Source of the DNA: Schizosaccharomyces osmophilus
Lineage: Eukaryota
Assembly (NCBI RefSeq): GCF_027921745.1
Contig: NC_079238.1
Location: forward strand, 744,001 to 808,000
DNA: 64,000 bases
Direction: 5' to 3'
The notes beneath the pieces are model-generated. The model was given only the letters and a program-made list of their open reading frames with translations. It ran no database searches and had not been told where the DNA came from. Each line of letters starts with the position of its first letter. Positions within the stretch are counted from its first letter, which is position 1. Made by a program: the position numbers and the translations under genes. Below, piece after piece: positions 20,298-33,189 of the stretch.

Positions 20298-21836
20298 ATG
20301 ATTTTTAAACCATCAACAGCACGATCTCTCGTTTTTCGCGTAAAACACGCCGGCGTTCAAGGGAATGTCCGCACTCCTGTATATATGGCGTTGAGCCGAC
20401 GCTTTTACGCTTCCAGCCCATCCAAGAACAGTGAATACGACTTGTGTGTTATCGGAGGTGGTCCAGGCGGTTATGTTGCTGCCATCCGTGGATCTCAACT
20501 CGGATTAAAGACCGTTTGTGTTGAGAAGCGTGGTAGTTTGGGTGGTACTTGCTTAAATGTTGGATGTATCCCTTCCAAGGCTATGCTGAACAACTCCCAT
20601 ATCTATCATACCATCACTCACGATACAAAGCACCGTGGTATTGAAGTTTCCGATGCCAAGGTCAACATTGGTCAAATGTTGAAGGCTAAGGATGACTCTG
20701 TAAAGTCTCTTACCACGGGTATCGAATTTTTGTTCAAGAAAAATAAGGTTGAATATGCCAAGGGTACCGGTTCTTTTGAGGACCCCAATACTCTTGCAGT
20801 AAAGGGTATCCAAGGCGCCCCTGATCGCCAGATCAAAGCCAAGAACTTCATCATTGCTACTGGTAGCGACGTAAAAGCATTCCCAGGTATTACAATCGAT
20901 GAAAAGAGAATTGTTTCTTCTACCGGAGCCTTGTCTTTACCTGAAGTCCCCAAGAAAATGGCTGTTTTGGGTGGTGGTATCATCGGTTTAGAAATGGGAA
21001 GTGTTTGGTCTCGATTGGGAGCAGATGTTACCGTTGTTGAATTCATGCCTTCTGTTGGTGGTGTTATGGATACCGACATCTCGAAGGCATTCTCTCGCAT
21101 CATTGGCAAGCAAGGCCTTAAATTTAAGACTTCCACAAAGATGCTTAGTGCTAAAGACAATGGCAAGGCCGTTGAAATGGAAATTGAAGATATGAAGAAG
21201 AACAAGCGCGAGAAATTGGAAGCAGATGTTTTATTGGTTGCTATTGGCCGTTCCCCTTACACTGAAGGTCTCGGTTTGGAGAAGGTTGGTATTGAATTGG
21301 ACAAGGCCAATCGTGTTATCATGGACAGCGAATACCGCACCAAGCATCCTCATATCCGTGTCATTGGTGATGCCACTTTTGGACCCATGTTGGCCCACAA
21401 GGCTGAGGATGAGGGTATTGCTGCCGCTGAATTTATTGCTAAAGGCCAAGGACATGTTAACTACAATGCTATTCCAGCTGTAATGTACACTCACCCCGAA
21501 GTTGCCTGGGTTGGTATGACTGAGCAACAAGCCAAAGAATCTGGTTTGAAGTACAAGATCGGTACCTTCCCCTTCATGGCCAACTCCCGTGCCAAGACAA
21601 ACATGGATGCTGAGGGTTTGGTTAAGGTCATTGCTGATGCCGAAACTGACCGTCTCTTGGGCTGCCACATCGTCGGCCCAATGGCTGGTGAACTCATTGG
21701 TGAAGCTACTCTCGCTATTGAATATGGTGCTAGTGCTGAAGATGTTGCTCGTGTTTGCCATGCCCATCCTACCTTATCTGAAGCCGTGAAGGAGGGCATG
21801 ATGGCTGCTTGGACCGGTAAAAGTATTCATTTTTAA
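20298..21836 (+). CDS. dld1: Dihydrolipoamide dehydrogenase (E3), mitochondrial
   Basis: [20 protein letters not shown] redox motif, HPTLSE; basic presequence. Confidence 0.97.
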   Translation: MIFKPSTARSLVFRVKHAGVQGNVRTPVYMALSRRFYASSPSKNSEYDLCVIGGGPGGYVAAIRGSQLGLKTVCVEKRGSLGGTCLNVGCIPSKAMLNNSHIYHTITHDTKHRGIEVSDAKVNIGQMLKAKDDSVKSLTTGIEFLFKKNKVEYAKGTGSFEDPNTLAVKGIQGAPDRQIKAKNFIIATGSDVKAFPGITIDEKRIVSSTGALSLPEVPKKMAVLGGGIIGLEMGSVWSRLGADVTVVEFMPSVGGVMDTDISKAFSRIIGKQGLKFKTSTKMLSAKDNGKAVEMEIEDMKKNKREKLEADVLLVAIGRSPYTEGLGLEKVGIELDKANRVIMDSEYRTKHPHIRVIGDATFGPMLAHKAEDEGIAAAEFIAKGQGHVNYNAIPAVMYTHPEVAWVGMTEQQAKESGLKYKIGTFPFMANSRAKTNMDAEGLVKVIADAETDRLLGCHIVGPMAGELIGEATLAIEYGASAEDVARVCHAHPTLSEAVKEGMMAAWTGKSIHF

Positions 21837-22694
21837 GCGACTCTCCCCTTAACAATTTATGAAAAGGTTCTTTCGAACCATATCACCTTAGAAGAGTTCC
21901 ATAAGACTCTTCTACAATAACTTTTGTTCAATACTTAGGTTTTATATGTAATATTTTTCAATGATTTTCTTGAATACGAATTATATTAGTCTCCCTCCAC
22001 TTTTTCAATACAGCAGATTTTGTCAAATTTTATACAAGGATCTTAATTTTGTCTTGTTTCTTTTTACATTTACACTCACCGTAATTACTAGTAGCCTGCA
22101 CTTCAGCAAAACACTCGTTTTGCCTTCTTTTGTATGTCTCGAGAATCTTAGTCCAACCCATGCTACTGAATCCTTGAAAACAAAAGATAATCACACGAAA
22201 GACGAGTACGAAGAAACATACAGTATTCAATAATGAAGGTCATTTACTTTCTACTAAATGCGATTTTGACAATGAATATTCATTAAAGAAGCTATTTGTT
22301 TTCTATTTACCAACGCGCTGAAGGCCCTTATTCCAAATTTAGTGCTTCAGTAATAAACAAAAAGAGAATCCAAAACAGGGAAATGCATGTTTCAATAAGT
22401 ATTCCCTTTTTCTTTACTTATTGTATTGAATCTAACTAAAAGAAGAAGTCGAAGTCGTTTAATCCTGTCAATTTGACGCCCAATGACGGTATCCTATAGC
22501 TAGAGAATCGCTAAGAGAATAACTAACCTCCTCCCAAGCGTTGATGGTAAAGAACATGAAACCCGAATAATAGGATGATTCTGAGCTTATGGTAAATATT
22601 TTGTTTTAAATCTTTTGATTTTTCTTTTATACATTGATTTGCGCGGTAAAAAAAACAAGATACCTAGTTGAATAAGTGAAGTTTTGGCCTTAGT

Positions 22695-23795
22695 ATGTCG
22701 TTTCGATTGCTTCCCAAACGAAAATATGATGATGTGAAAGCAGGAAACTTTATAAATCCAGGAAAAGTACAGCTTGCTAAAAACAATAGAAAAGATAAAC
22801 CTCAGAGCTCCCCATACTTGATAAACCAAGATCTGATGGACAAAGCGTTGGAAGCTAGTAATTTGAAACAGCAGTATAGCCCAAATTTAACCATTGTTGA
22901 AATGGCGCCTGCGGCAGGTGTGATGTCTACTTCTTTGTACAATTATTTCAAACCGAAAAAGCATATCCTTCTCGAGTCTAGAGACACATTTTTTGATCCT
23001 TTACGAAAACTATCCAATCAAACAGGTGGCCGAATGCAGCTGATAGAAAAGGAAGGATTTAAGTGGAGTACATACTCTGAACTTATTCAATCTCAAATTT
23101 TACAGGCTACACGGCAATCAGAAGAAGAGCAGGCTGCTTCTCCCCATCAAGAACTGCTCTTTGCAGCTCATGTCCCTATTCATTACTATGGTCTTTTGTT
23201 TACTTCTCAAATTGTAGAGTACCTTGCAAGCCGAGATTGGCTTGGTTATTATGGAAGAGTCCGAGTGCTTTTATGGCTTCCTCGCTCACCAGCAATCACT
23301 ATTCTAACGTCTCAAGGGTTTCGGAATAGATCGATGACAGCTGTACGCCGTGAAGCATTTATAGATACTAGAGTGCTTGTAGGAAATCAGTCTATTCATG
23401 ATGGTTTAATGAAACGGTGTCCCTCCAAACCCAAATATTCCCAATACCTTCCGAAGCCAATAATTCAACCCCCGGATGAATTAAAATTTATGGAGCCTCT
23501 TCATGATGGGCATATTTTAGTGGAACTTACTCCAAAACCCTTTGACAATAGTCTTTCGTTATCTTTATTTACACAAGTGATCAAAGGCCTACTGTACATA
23601 TCTAGAGGAAAACTGAAAGATTCTCTTGAACTCCTTGGTGCTGGTGCTACGAATTTAATTCCTGCAATTCGAGATGCAGGTGTTGATGTGGAATTACCCA
23701 ATTTTTGTTTATCTGCTGAAGATTTCAAAACAATTACTCGCATATATGAGCGCTGGCCATTACGAGATCCTCTTAAAGAAGATGAATGTGTGTAA
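22695..23795 (+). CDS. mtf1: Mitochondrial RNA polymerase specificity factor (Dim1/KsgA-like)
   Basis: 366 aa; IVEMAPAAGV SAM-like motif, YYGRVRVLLW, LGAGA; position between dld1 and ats1. Confidence 0.82.
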   Translation: MSFRLLPKRKYDDVKAGNFINPGKVQLAKNNRKDKPQSSPYLINQDLMDKALEASNLKQQYSPNLTIVEMAPAAGVMSTSLYNYFKPKKHILLESRDTFFDPLRKLSNQTGGRMQLIEKEGFKWSTYSELIQSQILQATRQSEEEQAASPHQELLFAAHVPIHYYGLLFTSQIVEYLASRDWLGYYGRVRVLLWLPRSPAITILTSQGFRNRSMTAVRREAFIDTRVLVGNQSIHDGLMKRCPSKPKYSQYLPKPIIQPPDELKFMEPLHDGHILVELTPKPFDNSLSLSLFTQVIKGLLYISRGKLKDSLELLGAGATNLIPAIRDAGVDVELPNFCLSAEDFKTITRIYERWPLRDPLKEDECV

Positions 23796-24138
23796 TGCCC
23801 AAGTGTTTCTATTCTCTCGTTTCAATAATGCCTTCTTTCGTTATTGCATATCCAAATCTTTAATTTCTTTGACTCCCTTCTTAGATAATCTTAATTTTCT
23901 ACAAAGATTATACGAACACTTGTTTTGTATTTTCGTAAGCTATTTTTATACTTTTGTAGCTAATGAAAAGCATCACCATTATATTCTAGAATGAGACGCT
24001 TGAATAGATATTCAAAATTACTTGTTTCTTTAGGTACAAATCAATGTGACACTCTTCCATTGAAATGAAATCACCATGTCATAAGGATTACAACTGTCTT
24101 CTTTACCATATTTGCTACCCTCCAAAACATCTAACAGT

Positions 24139-25065
24139 ATGGAAAGCAAAATGACCAATTCAGTCCGTATTCGTCCTATTACAAAAAAAGATGTTCCAAC
24201 TGTTATTCAGTTCATCATTGAACTCGCAGGTAATACTTTCTTGTCAACGTAATGCTGGTAGACCAGGTTCCTACGAGATGGGTATTTTTTCAGGACACAC
24301 TCTTGACCCTTGCCAGTGTTTCTCAACCTTATTTAACCATATGTTGTCCTTAAATTATTCCCATTGGAACAAATAGCATATCAATATTATCTTTTCCATG
24401 TCTCCAGTCTTTACTAATGCCTTGCAGATTTTGAAGAAGCCAGAGATCAAGTAGAAGCTACAGAAGAGAGTCTTTCGAATGCGTTTGGGTTCACTGAGAA
24501 TTCAAAGCCTACAGCTTACTGTCTTTTCGTTGAGGAGAATGAAAAGGTATGTTGAACTTTTACAACCATGTCAGCATCTGTGCCTATTGCTTTATATAGT
24601 TCATCCTCTTAACAGAATTTGTGTTGTGCTAACTAATGGAAGCCTGTGGGAATGGCAATTTATTTTCTGAACTTTAGGTAAGCCTACTTACTACTTTGCT
24701 TTTTAGGGATGAATTATTGACAATATTGATAGTACTTGGACTGGCCGAGTTGGCATATACCTGGTAAGTATTTCCTTTAATTTTACGATTTTTCTTTTGT
24801 GCACTTTCTGATGTACTAGGAGGATTTGTATATTCAACCAACGCATCGTGGTAAAGGTTATGGCAGCTTCTTACTCTCTTATTTGGCACGCGAGTCGTTG
24901 CAAATTGGAGGAAAACGATTAGATTGGGTTGTGCTTGATTGGAATCAGAAGGCTATTGATGTATATGAAAAAGCTGGAGCAAAAAAGGTTGTTGGGTGGA
25001 GCATGATGCGCGTTACAGGTGATAAGTTGAAGAATTTAGCCGACAAATTGCCAGATAATCTTTAG
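24139..25065 (+). CDS. ats1: Polyamine/diamine N-acetyltransferase (GNAT), 5 exons (24139-24229, 24428-24546, 24643-24677, 24733-24763, 24820-25065)
   Basis: Spliced frame gives FIIELADFE...[27 protein letters not shown]...[12 protein letters not shown]; canonical splice sites. Start could be 24151. Confidence 0.9.
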
Positions 25066-25415
25066 TAAGGCTTCCTTTTTTGACATATATTTTTGTATTT
25101 ACGTGCACAAAGAGTTTGGTTACAAGCCATTGCCAAGAAAACTGCTCACATTGTTATTCAAGCGTCATGGCTGCTGGCTTTATTAGTAAGTTTTCTGCGA
25201 TGTATATTCCTTATTCACAATTAATCGGAAACACTTCTAGGGTATTGTGCATCATCATTTTGAGTTCACCTACCTAGACTTTTTTACAAGAGGGAACACT
25301 ACATACATAGAACCATATGAACAACGGCATAAAAATAAATAGTTTTTGAACCAATTCTTTTCTTTATATTTATATTATAATTGAAAGTAGAGAAACTTTG
25401 GATGGACCTTGCGCG

Positions 25416-25446
25416 ACGCGTTCCTGCCTTATATATAATGACGCGT
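25416..25446. promoter_or_regulatory. Paired MCB elements upstream of bqt2
   Basis: ACGCGT at 25416-25421 and 25441-25446. Confidence 0.6.
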
Positions 25447-25486
25447 AAACCGTAAACATTCATACAGCAAATATTCTTTTAACAAC

Positions 25487-25963
25487 ATGTTTCGAGGGAA
25501 ATGCGCGTATTTTGATGAGAGTGTTCCTTCTCATTTAATTGCACTTTGGCGTAAGTAAATAAGTAACTCTTCGAATGCTGTGCGAATCTTGAATCGAAAT
25601 GCCAGAACAATTTGCAATTAACTCGTCAAAATTGATAGAAATACACAATGGTACTACCAAATTCCTTACTGAAGGTTATCACAAATTTGATTACGCTTTC
25701 TCAATGAATGTTGGAAAGAAAGTACGACTTTCCATATATCAAACACTTTGCACAACTTCCCCTTGGTGGATTGCAGAGCAAGTTACTTCTTTAAGACGAA
25801 GGTATAATTCTATTCATTTTTCTGATAACTTTAACTTACTTACATCAACACTAGGAAACCAAAAGTTGCTCCCATCATCCATTTTAATGAAGTAGAGCCT
25901 TTATATGTTGACCATCGAATCCAAACGGTTTATTTGCAACCATTTCATTCTCCTAGTGTTTAG
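25487..25963 (+). CDS. bqt2: Telomere bouquet protein Bqt2, 3 exons (25487-25550, 25639-25801, 25855-25963), 111 aa
   Basis: MFRGKCAYFDESVPSHLIALW N-terminus; in-phase splicing to a 336-nt frame; position between ats1 and jmj2; MCB promoter. Confidence 0.75.
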
Positions 25964-26408
25964 TTGTGCCTCAAATCCTTCAAAACTGCCCTTTCTTTTT
26001 TGAAAGTTATAACTCGACTTGGTTCTAATCTCACGCGTAAAGTTCCCTCAAAATAGTCATTTCCTTTTACTTAAAATAAATTTGAAAGCTTGAATCCATT
26101 GGAATGAATAACTGCTTTTCGTCTTTCATTGATTGTCTGATCTTCTCTTCCCCTACACGAAACCACCAAACGACTCACTGAAAACATTTCTGGTCAATTG
26201 AAGCAATTGTCGCTCGACCTTTAGATTTTTTTCCCTTTTTAATGCATCACTAGAGGATTTCTAAAAACTGACAGGTTTAAATGAAACAAAGTTTTATATA
26301 ATTTCGTCCCATTCCCTTACAGTTGTTCAGTGGTACGAGCCTTGTCTATTCAAACATTGAAAAGAACCACCTCCTGTCTGAGAGGAATTTTGAAATACAA
26401 AAGCTTCA

Positions 26409-28508
26409 ATGGTTATGAGCCATCCTTTTGTTCGCAATTCACGACCTGCTCAGGTTGCATATCAACCTCGGTCAAACGAAACTTTAACAGACCATATAAC
26501 AACAAGGCGGAGGAATGGCAGATACTTGGAAAATTCAAATATAAATAACCATCGGAATCGCCCTTCAGCATTAGGCCTTTCTCCTGCACCAACGTTTTAC
26601 CCTAGCGATGAAGAATTTACAGACGCGATTCGATACATTCAAAAAATCACGCCAATTGCAAAAGACTTTGGAATTGTCAAGATAGTACCTCCTAGTGGTT
26701 GGAAACCATCATTTGAATTGGACATGGATAAATTTACTTTTCGTGCAAGACGCCAAGATTTACGCATGATGGACCTAGGATTTCGAGAATCTGCCGCATA
26801 TGACGAACGGGTATTTAGGTATTTTTGCAACAGAAACATTGAGCTACCGCAAATATTTGTAGTCGGTAACACGACAGTGGATCTATATCAAATACGAAAT
26901 TCTCTGGAACGCTTAGGATTCTCAAAAGGAGCAGCAATTCCAAAAGATTATTGGAAAAGGGCTCTAGTATCTATGAATTTACCAAATACTTCAAGAGCTG
27001 AGAAGGAAATACAGAGCATCTACTCAAAATATATTGCTCCTTTTGAAGCGTACGTTGCTACATTGTCATCTGATGCATGTAATTACCAGCCTCTTTTCAC
27101 AAAAGTGGAAGATCATGAGTTAACGCTCACCGATAAGTTATCAAGGACGCAAAGAACAGAAACTTCTTCATTCCATAGCCCTTTGAAGAAAAAATCGGGT
27201 TCTGAAGAGAAAGCTAATATTCAGAAACATAACAGAGCTATAGATCGTGCAAGAAAGAGACGAGTGAAAACCTGTGAAAGCTGTCAAAAAAAAATCGACT
27301 TTTCTATTGAATGCCTTGGTAAAGAATCGTATTGTAAAGAATGCATATTAACACCTCACGTGTTTGGATTTGAAATGGGCGATATTTATACTCTTTCTGA
27401 GTTCGAAAGGAAATGCGATAATTTTAAGACTGAGTATTTTTCAAAGTTTGATTCCCAAACGCGTATAACTGACGAACTTGTGGAAGCAGAATACTGGAAG
27501 TTAGTAAAAAGTAAAGAAGAAGCCTATGAGGTCGAATATGGCGCTGATTTATCTACTATGGACAAGGGCAGTGCCTTTCCGCACTGGCGGAAAAACCCAA
27601 AAAATCCGTATTCAAGAGATCCATGGAATTTAAACGTCCTAGCTTCTTCGGATGGCTCTTTACTTCGATTTGTTGAAAACGCTGTGTCTGGGATTACGTC
27701 CCCTTGGCTATATATCGGAATGTGCTTTTCGACGTTTTGTTGGCACGTTGAGGATAATTATACATATTCAGCGAACTATCAGCATTCTGGTGAAACAAAA
27801 CTTTGGTATGGTATTCCTGGTAATCATGCTTCTAAGTTTGAGGAAGCAGCTCGTGAAATAGCACCCGATTTAGCAGCCTGTCAGCCTGATTTACTATACC
27901 AACTTGCTGCTATGACTAATCCAAAAGAGTTGACAAAACGAGGAGTTAAAGTATATTACGTTGATCAAGCTCCAAATGAGTTCGTTGTCACCTTTCCAAA
28001 GTGCTTTCATGGTGGTATTAACCTTGGGTTTAATATTAATGAAGCCGTCAATTTTGCCCCCAAAAATTGGCTTTTAGATGGTTACTCGTTGGAAGGGGCC
28101 CTTAAGTACCAAAGTATCCTTAAACCAACGGTACTTTCACATGATCGTTTAATATATAAACTTGCTACGAAGAATACTGATGTGGTTGCGTATGAAGAAA
28201 TCCTACCATGTCTCCGCGAAGCATTTGAGAGAGAACAAAGCGAACGTACTTTTCTTAGAGAGCAGCATCACTTGAAAGAAGCGTTGGTTCGTGAACCTCT
28301 AAAGACGGACGAGCAATGGCAATGTGTACATTGTAATGCTTACTCTTACTTCTCGAAAATCGTTTGTCCCTGTACATCTTCGATTGCTTGCACAAAACAT
28401 ATGGAAAAACTTTGTGATTGCAAATTTGAAAAGAAGACTTTGCAGCTTCGAATACGCGATACGGAATTGCTAAGTTTGCTGAATTTGAATCTTTCAAACA
28501 CTTCTTAA
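26409..28508 (+). CDS. jmj2: JARID/KDM5-type histone demethylase (JmjN, ARID, JmjC, C5HC2)
   Basis: APTFYPSDEEF..GIVKIVPP, VEYGADL, FSTFCWHVED, NEAVNFAP and a Cys-rich C-terminus. Confidence 0.93.
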   Translation: MVMSHPFVRNSRPAQVAYQPRSNETLTDHITTRRRNGRYLENSNINNHRNRPSALGLSPAPTFYPSDEEFTDAIRYIQKITPIAKDFGIVKIVPPSGWKPSFELDMDKFTFRARRQDLRMMDLGFRESAAYDERVFRYFCNRNIELPQIFVVGNTTVDLYQIRNSLERLGFSKGAAIPKDYWKRALVSMNLPNTSRAEKEIQSIYSKYIAPFEAYVATLSSDACNYQPLFTKVEDHELTLTDKLSRTQRTETSSFHSPLKKKSGSEEKANIQKHNRAIDRARKRRVKTCESCQKKIDFSIECLGKESYCKECILTPHVFGFEMGDIYTLSEFERKCDNFKTEYFSKFDSQTRITDELVEAEYWKLVKSKEEAYEVEYGADLSTMDKGSAFPHWRKNPKNPYSRDPWNLNVLASSDGSLLRFVENAVSGITSPWLYIGMCFSTFCWHVEDNYTYSANYQHSGETKLWYGIPGNHASKFEEAAREIAPDLAACQPDLLYQLAAMTNPKELTKRGVKVYYVDQAPNEFVVTFPKCFHGGINLGFNINEAVNFAPKNWLLDGYSLEGALKYQSILKPTVLSHDRLIYKLATKNTDVVAYEEILPCLREAFEREQSERTFLREQHHLKEALVREPLKTDEQWQCVHCNAYSYFSKIVCPCTSSIACTKHMEKLCDCKFEKKTLQLRIRDTELLSLLNLNLSNTS

Positions 28509-28731
28509 ATTATTAAAATTACATGGACTATGAATGGCAAACAAAAGCAGTTCTTCCATCTTTATTATTATTTTTGATATTGGTTACAGAATTACGAGCT
28601 CCTTCATAATTCGCTATTTAAGGTAATACTAGGATTCTGCTGCTGTCAATGGCGTTTTAAACAAAGAAGTCAGACTTCCACCAAATCAGGCTTTTTCAAG
28701 CTATAAAACGGTGAATTTGAAACCTCGAAGT

Positions 28732-29337
28732 ATGAAGAGGAACGAATCGAGCTCAGCGTTACCGACAACGCAAAGCCCCGCAAGTTTGGAAAGATCAGAA
28801 TCTCCAACGTCTAGTATCCAACATAAAGCTCGAACAGCTTCTCCTGTAAACGATATTAGTATAAATAACAAGGAAAAAGAAAAAGAAGTGTGGAATCGAC
28901 ATGATGAAAACGAATTGGAAGAAGATGATCGGGATGACTTTGGAACAGCCGCAATTTCCAACGTTACAACCAAAGCGGGTGAGGCAGATGATGATACAAA
29001 CGAAAAAGTGAGAACAAGATATTTATTGGATAGCTTTGACGAAGAACAAATGCAACGATATGAAGTGTTTAGAAGAGCAAATCTCAATAAAACGAATGTC
29101 AAAAAGCTGGCGAACCAAATCCTCAATCAAAGTGTCACCCCGAACGTTGCGATTGTCATATCTGGATTTTCTAAGGTTTTTGTAGGTGAAATGATTGAAC
29201 TGGCTCGAAGAATCCAGGATCATTGGGGGGATACTGGACCGCTTAGTCCTGATCATTTGCGAGAAGCATATCGACTTTCACGGCAAAACCAAAGAGTAAT
29301 CCCAAAAAGTCGTCGTTCAAACAAAATGTTTCGGTGA
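28732..29337 (+). CDS. taf11: TFIID subunit Taf11
   Basis: [11 protein letters not shown]...KVFVGEMIE...[13 protein letters not shown] histone-fold motif. Confidence 0.93.
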   Translation: MKRNESSSALPTTQSPASLERSESPTSSIQHKARTASPVNDISINNKEKEKEVWNRHDENELEEDDRDDFGTAAISNVTTKAGEADDDTNEKVRTRYLLDSFDEEQMQRYEVFRRANLNKTNVKKLANQILNQSVTPNVAIVISGFSKVFVGEMIELARRIQDHWGDTGPLSPDHLREAYRLSRQNQRVIPKSRRSNKMFR

Positions 29338-30061
29338 ATTTGCCAGACATTGTTAGAAGTTTTCAGCTTGATCGTAAATCGGAAATAACTAATATAGTTT
29401 TAAACATCTGGATTATAATAGGAAAAGCACAATTGTGAATGGTTTGTGCTGCACCCATACCAAGTATTAATAAGACTTCCAATAACAGAAATACCGATTT
29501 CCAACATGGCTCAAAGTGAGGAACATCCCAGGAAAGAGAAGTCTGACTGCGGGATTGAATATATTCAGTCATGGTTTTCAGCTGCATTTTTATCGCCTGA
29601 CTCCTTCGTAGGGTTCAGCTATTGATCGTTCAAGCTTTGAACGATACGTTTTATGGCTTCTTTTAAAATCTATTTATAAATTACTAAATCACATTTCTTA
29701 GTTTCGATTGTTGTATATTTTATCTGTGGATGAATAACAACTGTGATGAATAATTTAAAACATTTTTGATAAGTGATATTTAGTTATTTAAGTTTTACTT
29801 TATTTATTTTGTTGTTTCTAGTAAAAAGATGAGTAAAGTGAGTACATAATTGATTTTGATATCTGCATTTGCTCATCGTCTCCACGTCTACTGTTGTAGC
29901 AGTGTGCTTCTTGACAACTACCATTCTCCTTTTTTGACTTAACACCGTCTTTTGGTGGTAATTTTTTACATTTTCTTCATATTTTCATCCAATATTTAGC
30001 ACAATTTCCATAAAAACCTTGTAGTTTCAACAATTCCAACAAAATCTTCCATGTTTTGATT

Positions 30062-32821
30062 ATGAATTTGGTAAGGTTTAGATGGATTTTGCAATGGGTC
30101 ATCTTAGGATTGTTTGTAATTGGAAGCTCTGAAGCTGCTTTTCGACACGTTTTTCGTACTTCTGCGCAAGATGGATTTGCAAAACGAAATCGACAGCTTG
30201 CATCTGCGCAAAAGTATGACCCCAATTACAAAGGACAATTTCAATTAGATACCTCTAGCATCACTTTCAGTGATGGAATTCTCAGTGGTATTTTACAGAA
30301 ACAAGTTCCTGGAAACATGGAGGAGATATTGTTTCCATTCACAATATCGTTCTTAAAGGATGGAAGCACTCGTTTTCAACTTGATGAAAAACGTCGTCTG
30401 GAGGGTAATGTTGATTATGATGGTGCGAAAATTCGAAAGGATAGATTTGATGTTGCTCAATATCATGATTTGGGAAGCCGAATTCACATTGATACAGAAC
30501 ACCCAGAAGTTACAACGCATAATAAAAAGTTACTGAAAGTCGATTATGGAAATAATCAGCAATTTTCAATGGTTTTGCATTTCCAGCCATTTATGATTGA
30601 GTTTCTGCGTGACGGTAATGTCGAAGTTGTCTTGAATCAACGTCAATTATTGAACATGGAGCATTACCGTCCTCGTTCCGAACGCTCTCAGAAGGATGAA
30701 TCGCTAGGTATGTGGGAGGAAAAGTTTGATAATATTCTTGACAGCAAGCCTCGTGGACCCGAGAGTCTTGGCTTAGACATTAGCTTCATCGGCTATAAAC
30801 ATGTATATGGTGTTCCTGAGCACACTTCGTCACTTTCTTTGAAGGAAACAAACAATTCTGAGACGGGATATACTGATCCTTATCGTTTATATAATGTTGA
30901 TATTTTTGAATATGAAGTCGACTCTCCTATGAGTCAATATGGTGCAATTCCTTTTATGCAGGCACATAAGGTAAATTCAGATGTTGGCATCTTTTGGTCA
31001 AACGCTGCGGCTACGTGGATTGACATAGAAAAAGACGCATCCTCAACATCAACCCATTGGTATTCTGAGTCAGGAAAGATGGACGTGTTTATTTATTTAG
31101 GTCCTACTGCTTTGGACGTTTATGAGGCATATTCAGGATTGACTGGCCGCACTCAGTTACCTCCCTTGTTTTCCATAGGCTACCATCAATGCCGTTGGAA
31201 CTACTTCTCTGAAGAAGATGTTCAGACCGTTGACAACACATTTAATGAAGTTGACATGCCGTATGATGCTATATGGTTAGATATTGATTACACGTCTGGT
31301 CGTCGCTATTTTACTTGGGATGAAGCAACATTTCCTCATCCTCAAGAAACTTTAAAAAAGCTGGATTCAAATGGCCGTAAGATGGTTGTAATTCTCGATC
31401 CTCATATCAAAAACGATCCAAATTATTTCGTATCTAAAGATTTGTTAGAGAATGATTTTACTGTGAAGGATTCGTCTGGTGTTGATAATTACAATGCCGA
31501 GTGCTGGCCTGGAGATTCTATATGGGTTGACTTTTTCAATATGGAAGGCCAGCAATGGTGGGGAGATCTTTATTCTTACGACAGATTTAAAGGTTCCGAC
31601 AAGAATTTATTTATTTGGAATGACATGAATGAGCCGTCGGTTTTCAAAGGTCCTGAAACATCTATGCATCGCGATGCTATTCATCATGGTGGTTGGGAGC
31701 ATCGTGACGTCCATAATATTTACGGACATGAATGTATTAACAGCACCTACAAGGGTCTGATAAAACGAGATCATGGAGAACTTCGACCATTTATTCTCAC
31801 TCGTTCTTTCTTTGCTGGCACCAATACCCTGGCGGCTAGTTGGATCGGTGACACTTTGAGTACTTGGGAGCATTTTCGTGGATCCCTCGCTACTGTGTTA
31901 ACAAACGGAGTAGCCGGAATGCCATTTTCAGGTGCTGACGTTGCTGGATTTTTTGGAAACCCAGACCCGGAACTTTTTGTTCGTTGGTACGAGTTGGGTA
32001 TTTTCTATCCGTTCTTCCGAGCACATGCTCATATAGACACAAAGCGTAGGGAGCCATGGCTTTACGGCGAACCTTATACTTCAATGGTTCGTAATTTATT
32101 GGGAATTCGCTACCGCTTACTTCCAACTTGGTACACGACATTTCGTACAACTCATATGACAGGTCTCCCAATTCTTCGGCCTCAATTTTTAGTCCATCCA
32201 GCAGACGAACTAGGTTTTGATATTGATGATCAATTTTATTTAGGCGATTCAGGGCTTCTCGTAAAGCCGGTATTGGAACCTGGTGTAAGTGAAACAGCTG
32301 TTTATATTGCAGATGATGAAACTTATTATGATTTTTACGATTTTGATGAGATGAAGGGCAAGGGGAAGCATGTTGTTCCTGCTTCTCTAGGAAGAATCCC
32401 CATCTTATTACGAGGAGGTAATATTTTAATTACACGTGAACGTATACGACGTGCCTCTGAACTTACTATAAACGATCCTTATACTCTATACATTGCAGTG
32501 TCTGGTAAAACGGGATCAGCTAGCGGTGAACTGTATATGGATGACGGCACTTCATTTGAATATGAAAAAGGCGCTTATATTTCTCGGAAGTTCACTTTTA
32601 ATGACGGTGTATTGGATGTATTTGATACTCATCCACACCCTCAATCAGGCGTACGATATGCAGAGTCTATGAAGCATCTTAAGGTGGAACGTATCAAATT
32701 AATTGGCGACAATCACCAAAAGATTAAGATTCACAAGCACGGCATGTCCGGTGTTAAGAGCTGGGATGTAAAGGTTAATACGGACGGCGTCGTACAGAAA
32801 CCTAATTTATATTTAGTGTAA
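30062..32821 (+). CDS. gls2: ER glucosidase II alpha subunit (GH31)
   Basis: Signal peptide, GYHQCRWNY, WNDMNEPSVF catalytic motif, FFRAHAHIDTKRREPW. Confidence 0.95.
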   Translation: MNLVRFRWILQWVILGLFVIGSSEAAFRHVFRTSAQDGFAKRNRQLASAQKYDPNYKGQFQLDTSSITFSDGILSGILQKQVPGNMEEILFPFTISFLKDGSTRFQLDEKRRLEGNVDYDGAKIRKDRFDVAQYHDLGSRIHIDTEHPEVTTHNKKLLKVDYGNNQQFSMVLHFQPFMIEFLRDGNVEVVLNQRQLLNMEHYRPRSERSQKDESLGMWEEKFDNILDSKPRGPESLGLDISFIGYKHVYGVPEHTSSLSLKETNNSETGYTDPYRLYNVDIFEYEVDSPMSQYGAIPFMQAHKVNSDVGIFWSNAAATWIDIEKDASSTSTHWYSESGKMDVFIYLGPTALDVYEAYSGLTGRTQLPPLFSIGYHQCRWNYFSEEDVQTVDNTFNEVDMPYDAIWLDIDYTSGRRYFTWDEATFPHPQETLKKLDSNGRKMVVILDPHIKNDPNYFVSKDLLENDFTVKDSSGVDNYNAECWPGDSIWVDFFNMEGQQWWGDLYSYDRFKGSDKNLFIWNDMNEPSVFKGPETSMHRDAIHHGGWEHRDVHNIYGHECINSTYKGLIKRDHGELRPFILTRSFFAGTNTLAASWIGDTLSTWEHFRGSLATVLTNGVAGMPFSGADVAGFFGNPDPELFVRWYELGIFYPFFRAHAHIDTKRREPWLYGEPYTSMVRNLLGIRYRLLPTWYTTFRTTHMTGLPILRPQFLVHPADELGFDIDDQFYLGDSGLLVKPVLEPGVSETAVYIADDETYYDFYDFDEMKGKGKHVVPASLGRIPILLRGGNILITRERIRRASELTINDPYTLYIAVSGKTGSASGELYMDDGTSFEYEKGAYISRKFTFNDGVLDVFDTHPHPQSGVRYAESMKHLKVERIKLIGDNHQKIKIHKHGMSGVKSWDVKVNTDGVVQKPNLYLV

Positions 32822-33189
32822 ATTCTTTAATATTTAGTAAATGATGAGATGATTGATTATGGCAGCATTTGCTATACCTCAGAAATGAATTCCGTAAATT
32901 CTGTAAAGTATAGTTAGAAACGGAAGAGAAGCAAAAGTCGAAAGAAAAGAATGCTCTTGAAAGTTTAAATCAATAGAAGGAATAATAAAGATGAATTGAG
33001 AAAAAGATTACAAGACCCTAAATTTACACATTGTTCAGACATAAATTAGAGTCGGAATGCAATGATTAATCCGCGAGAAACATAAAAAGAACGACACAAA
33101 GTAGAACATAGAAGGCGAACCCTTTTCGCACAATTGACGAATTAAATATTGATTAAATAGATGTAAATGTCGGATATAGAAAAAAAAAC

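Noticed and set aside
21889..21912. AGAAGAGT/ACTCTTCT hairpin after dld1
   Set aside because: An 8-bp stem is expected by chance; intrinsic terminators do not apply to Pol II genes.
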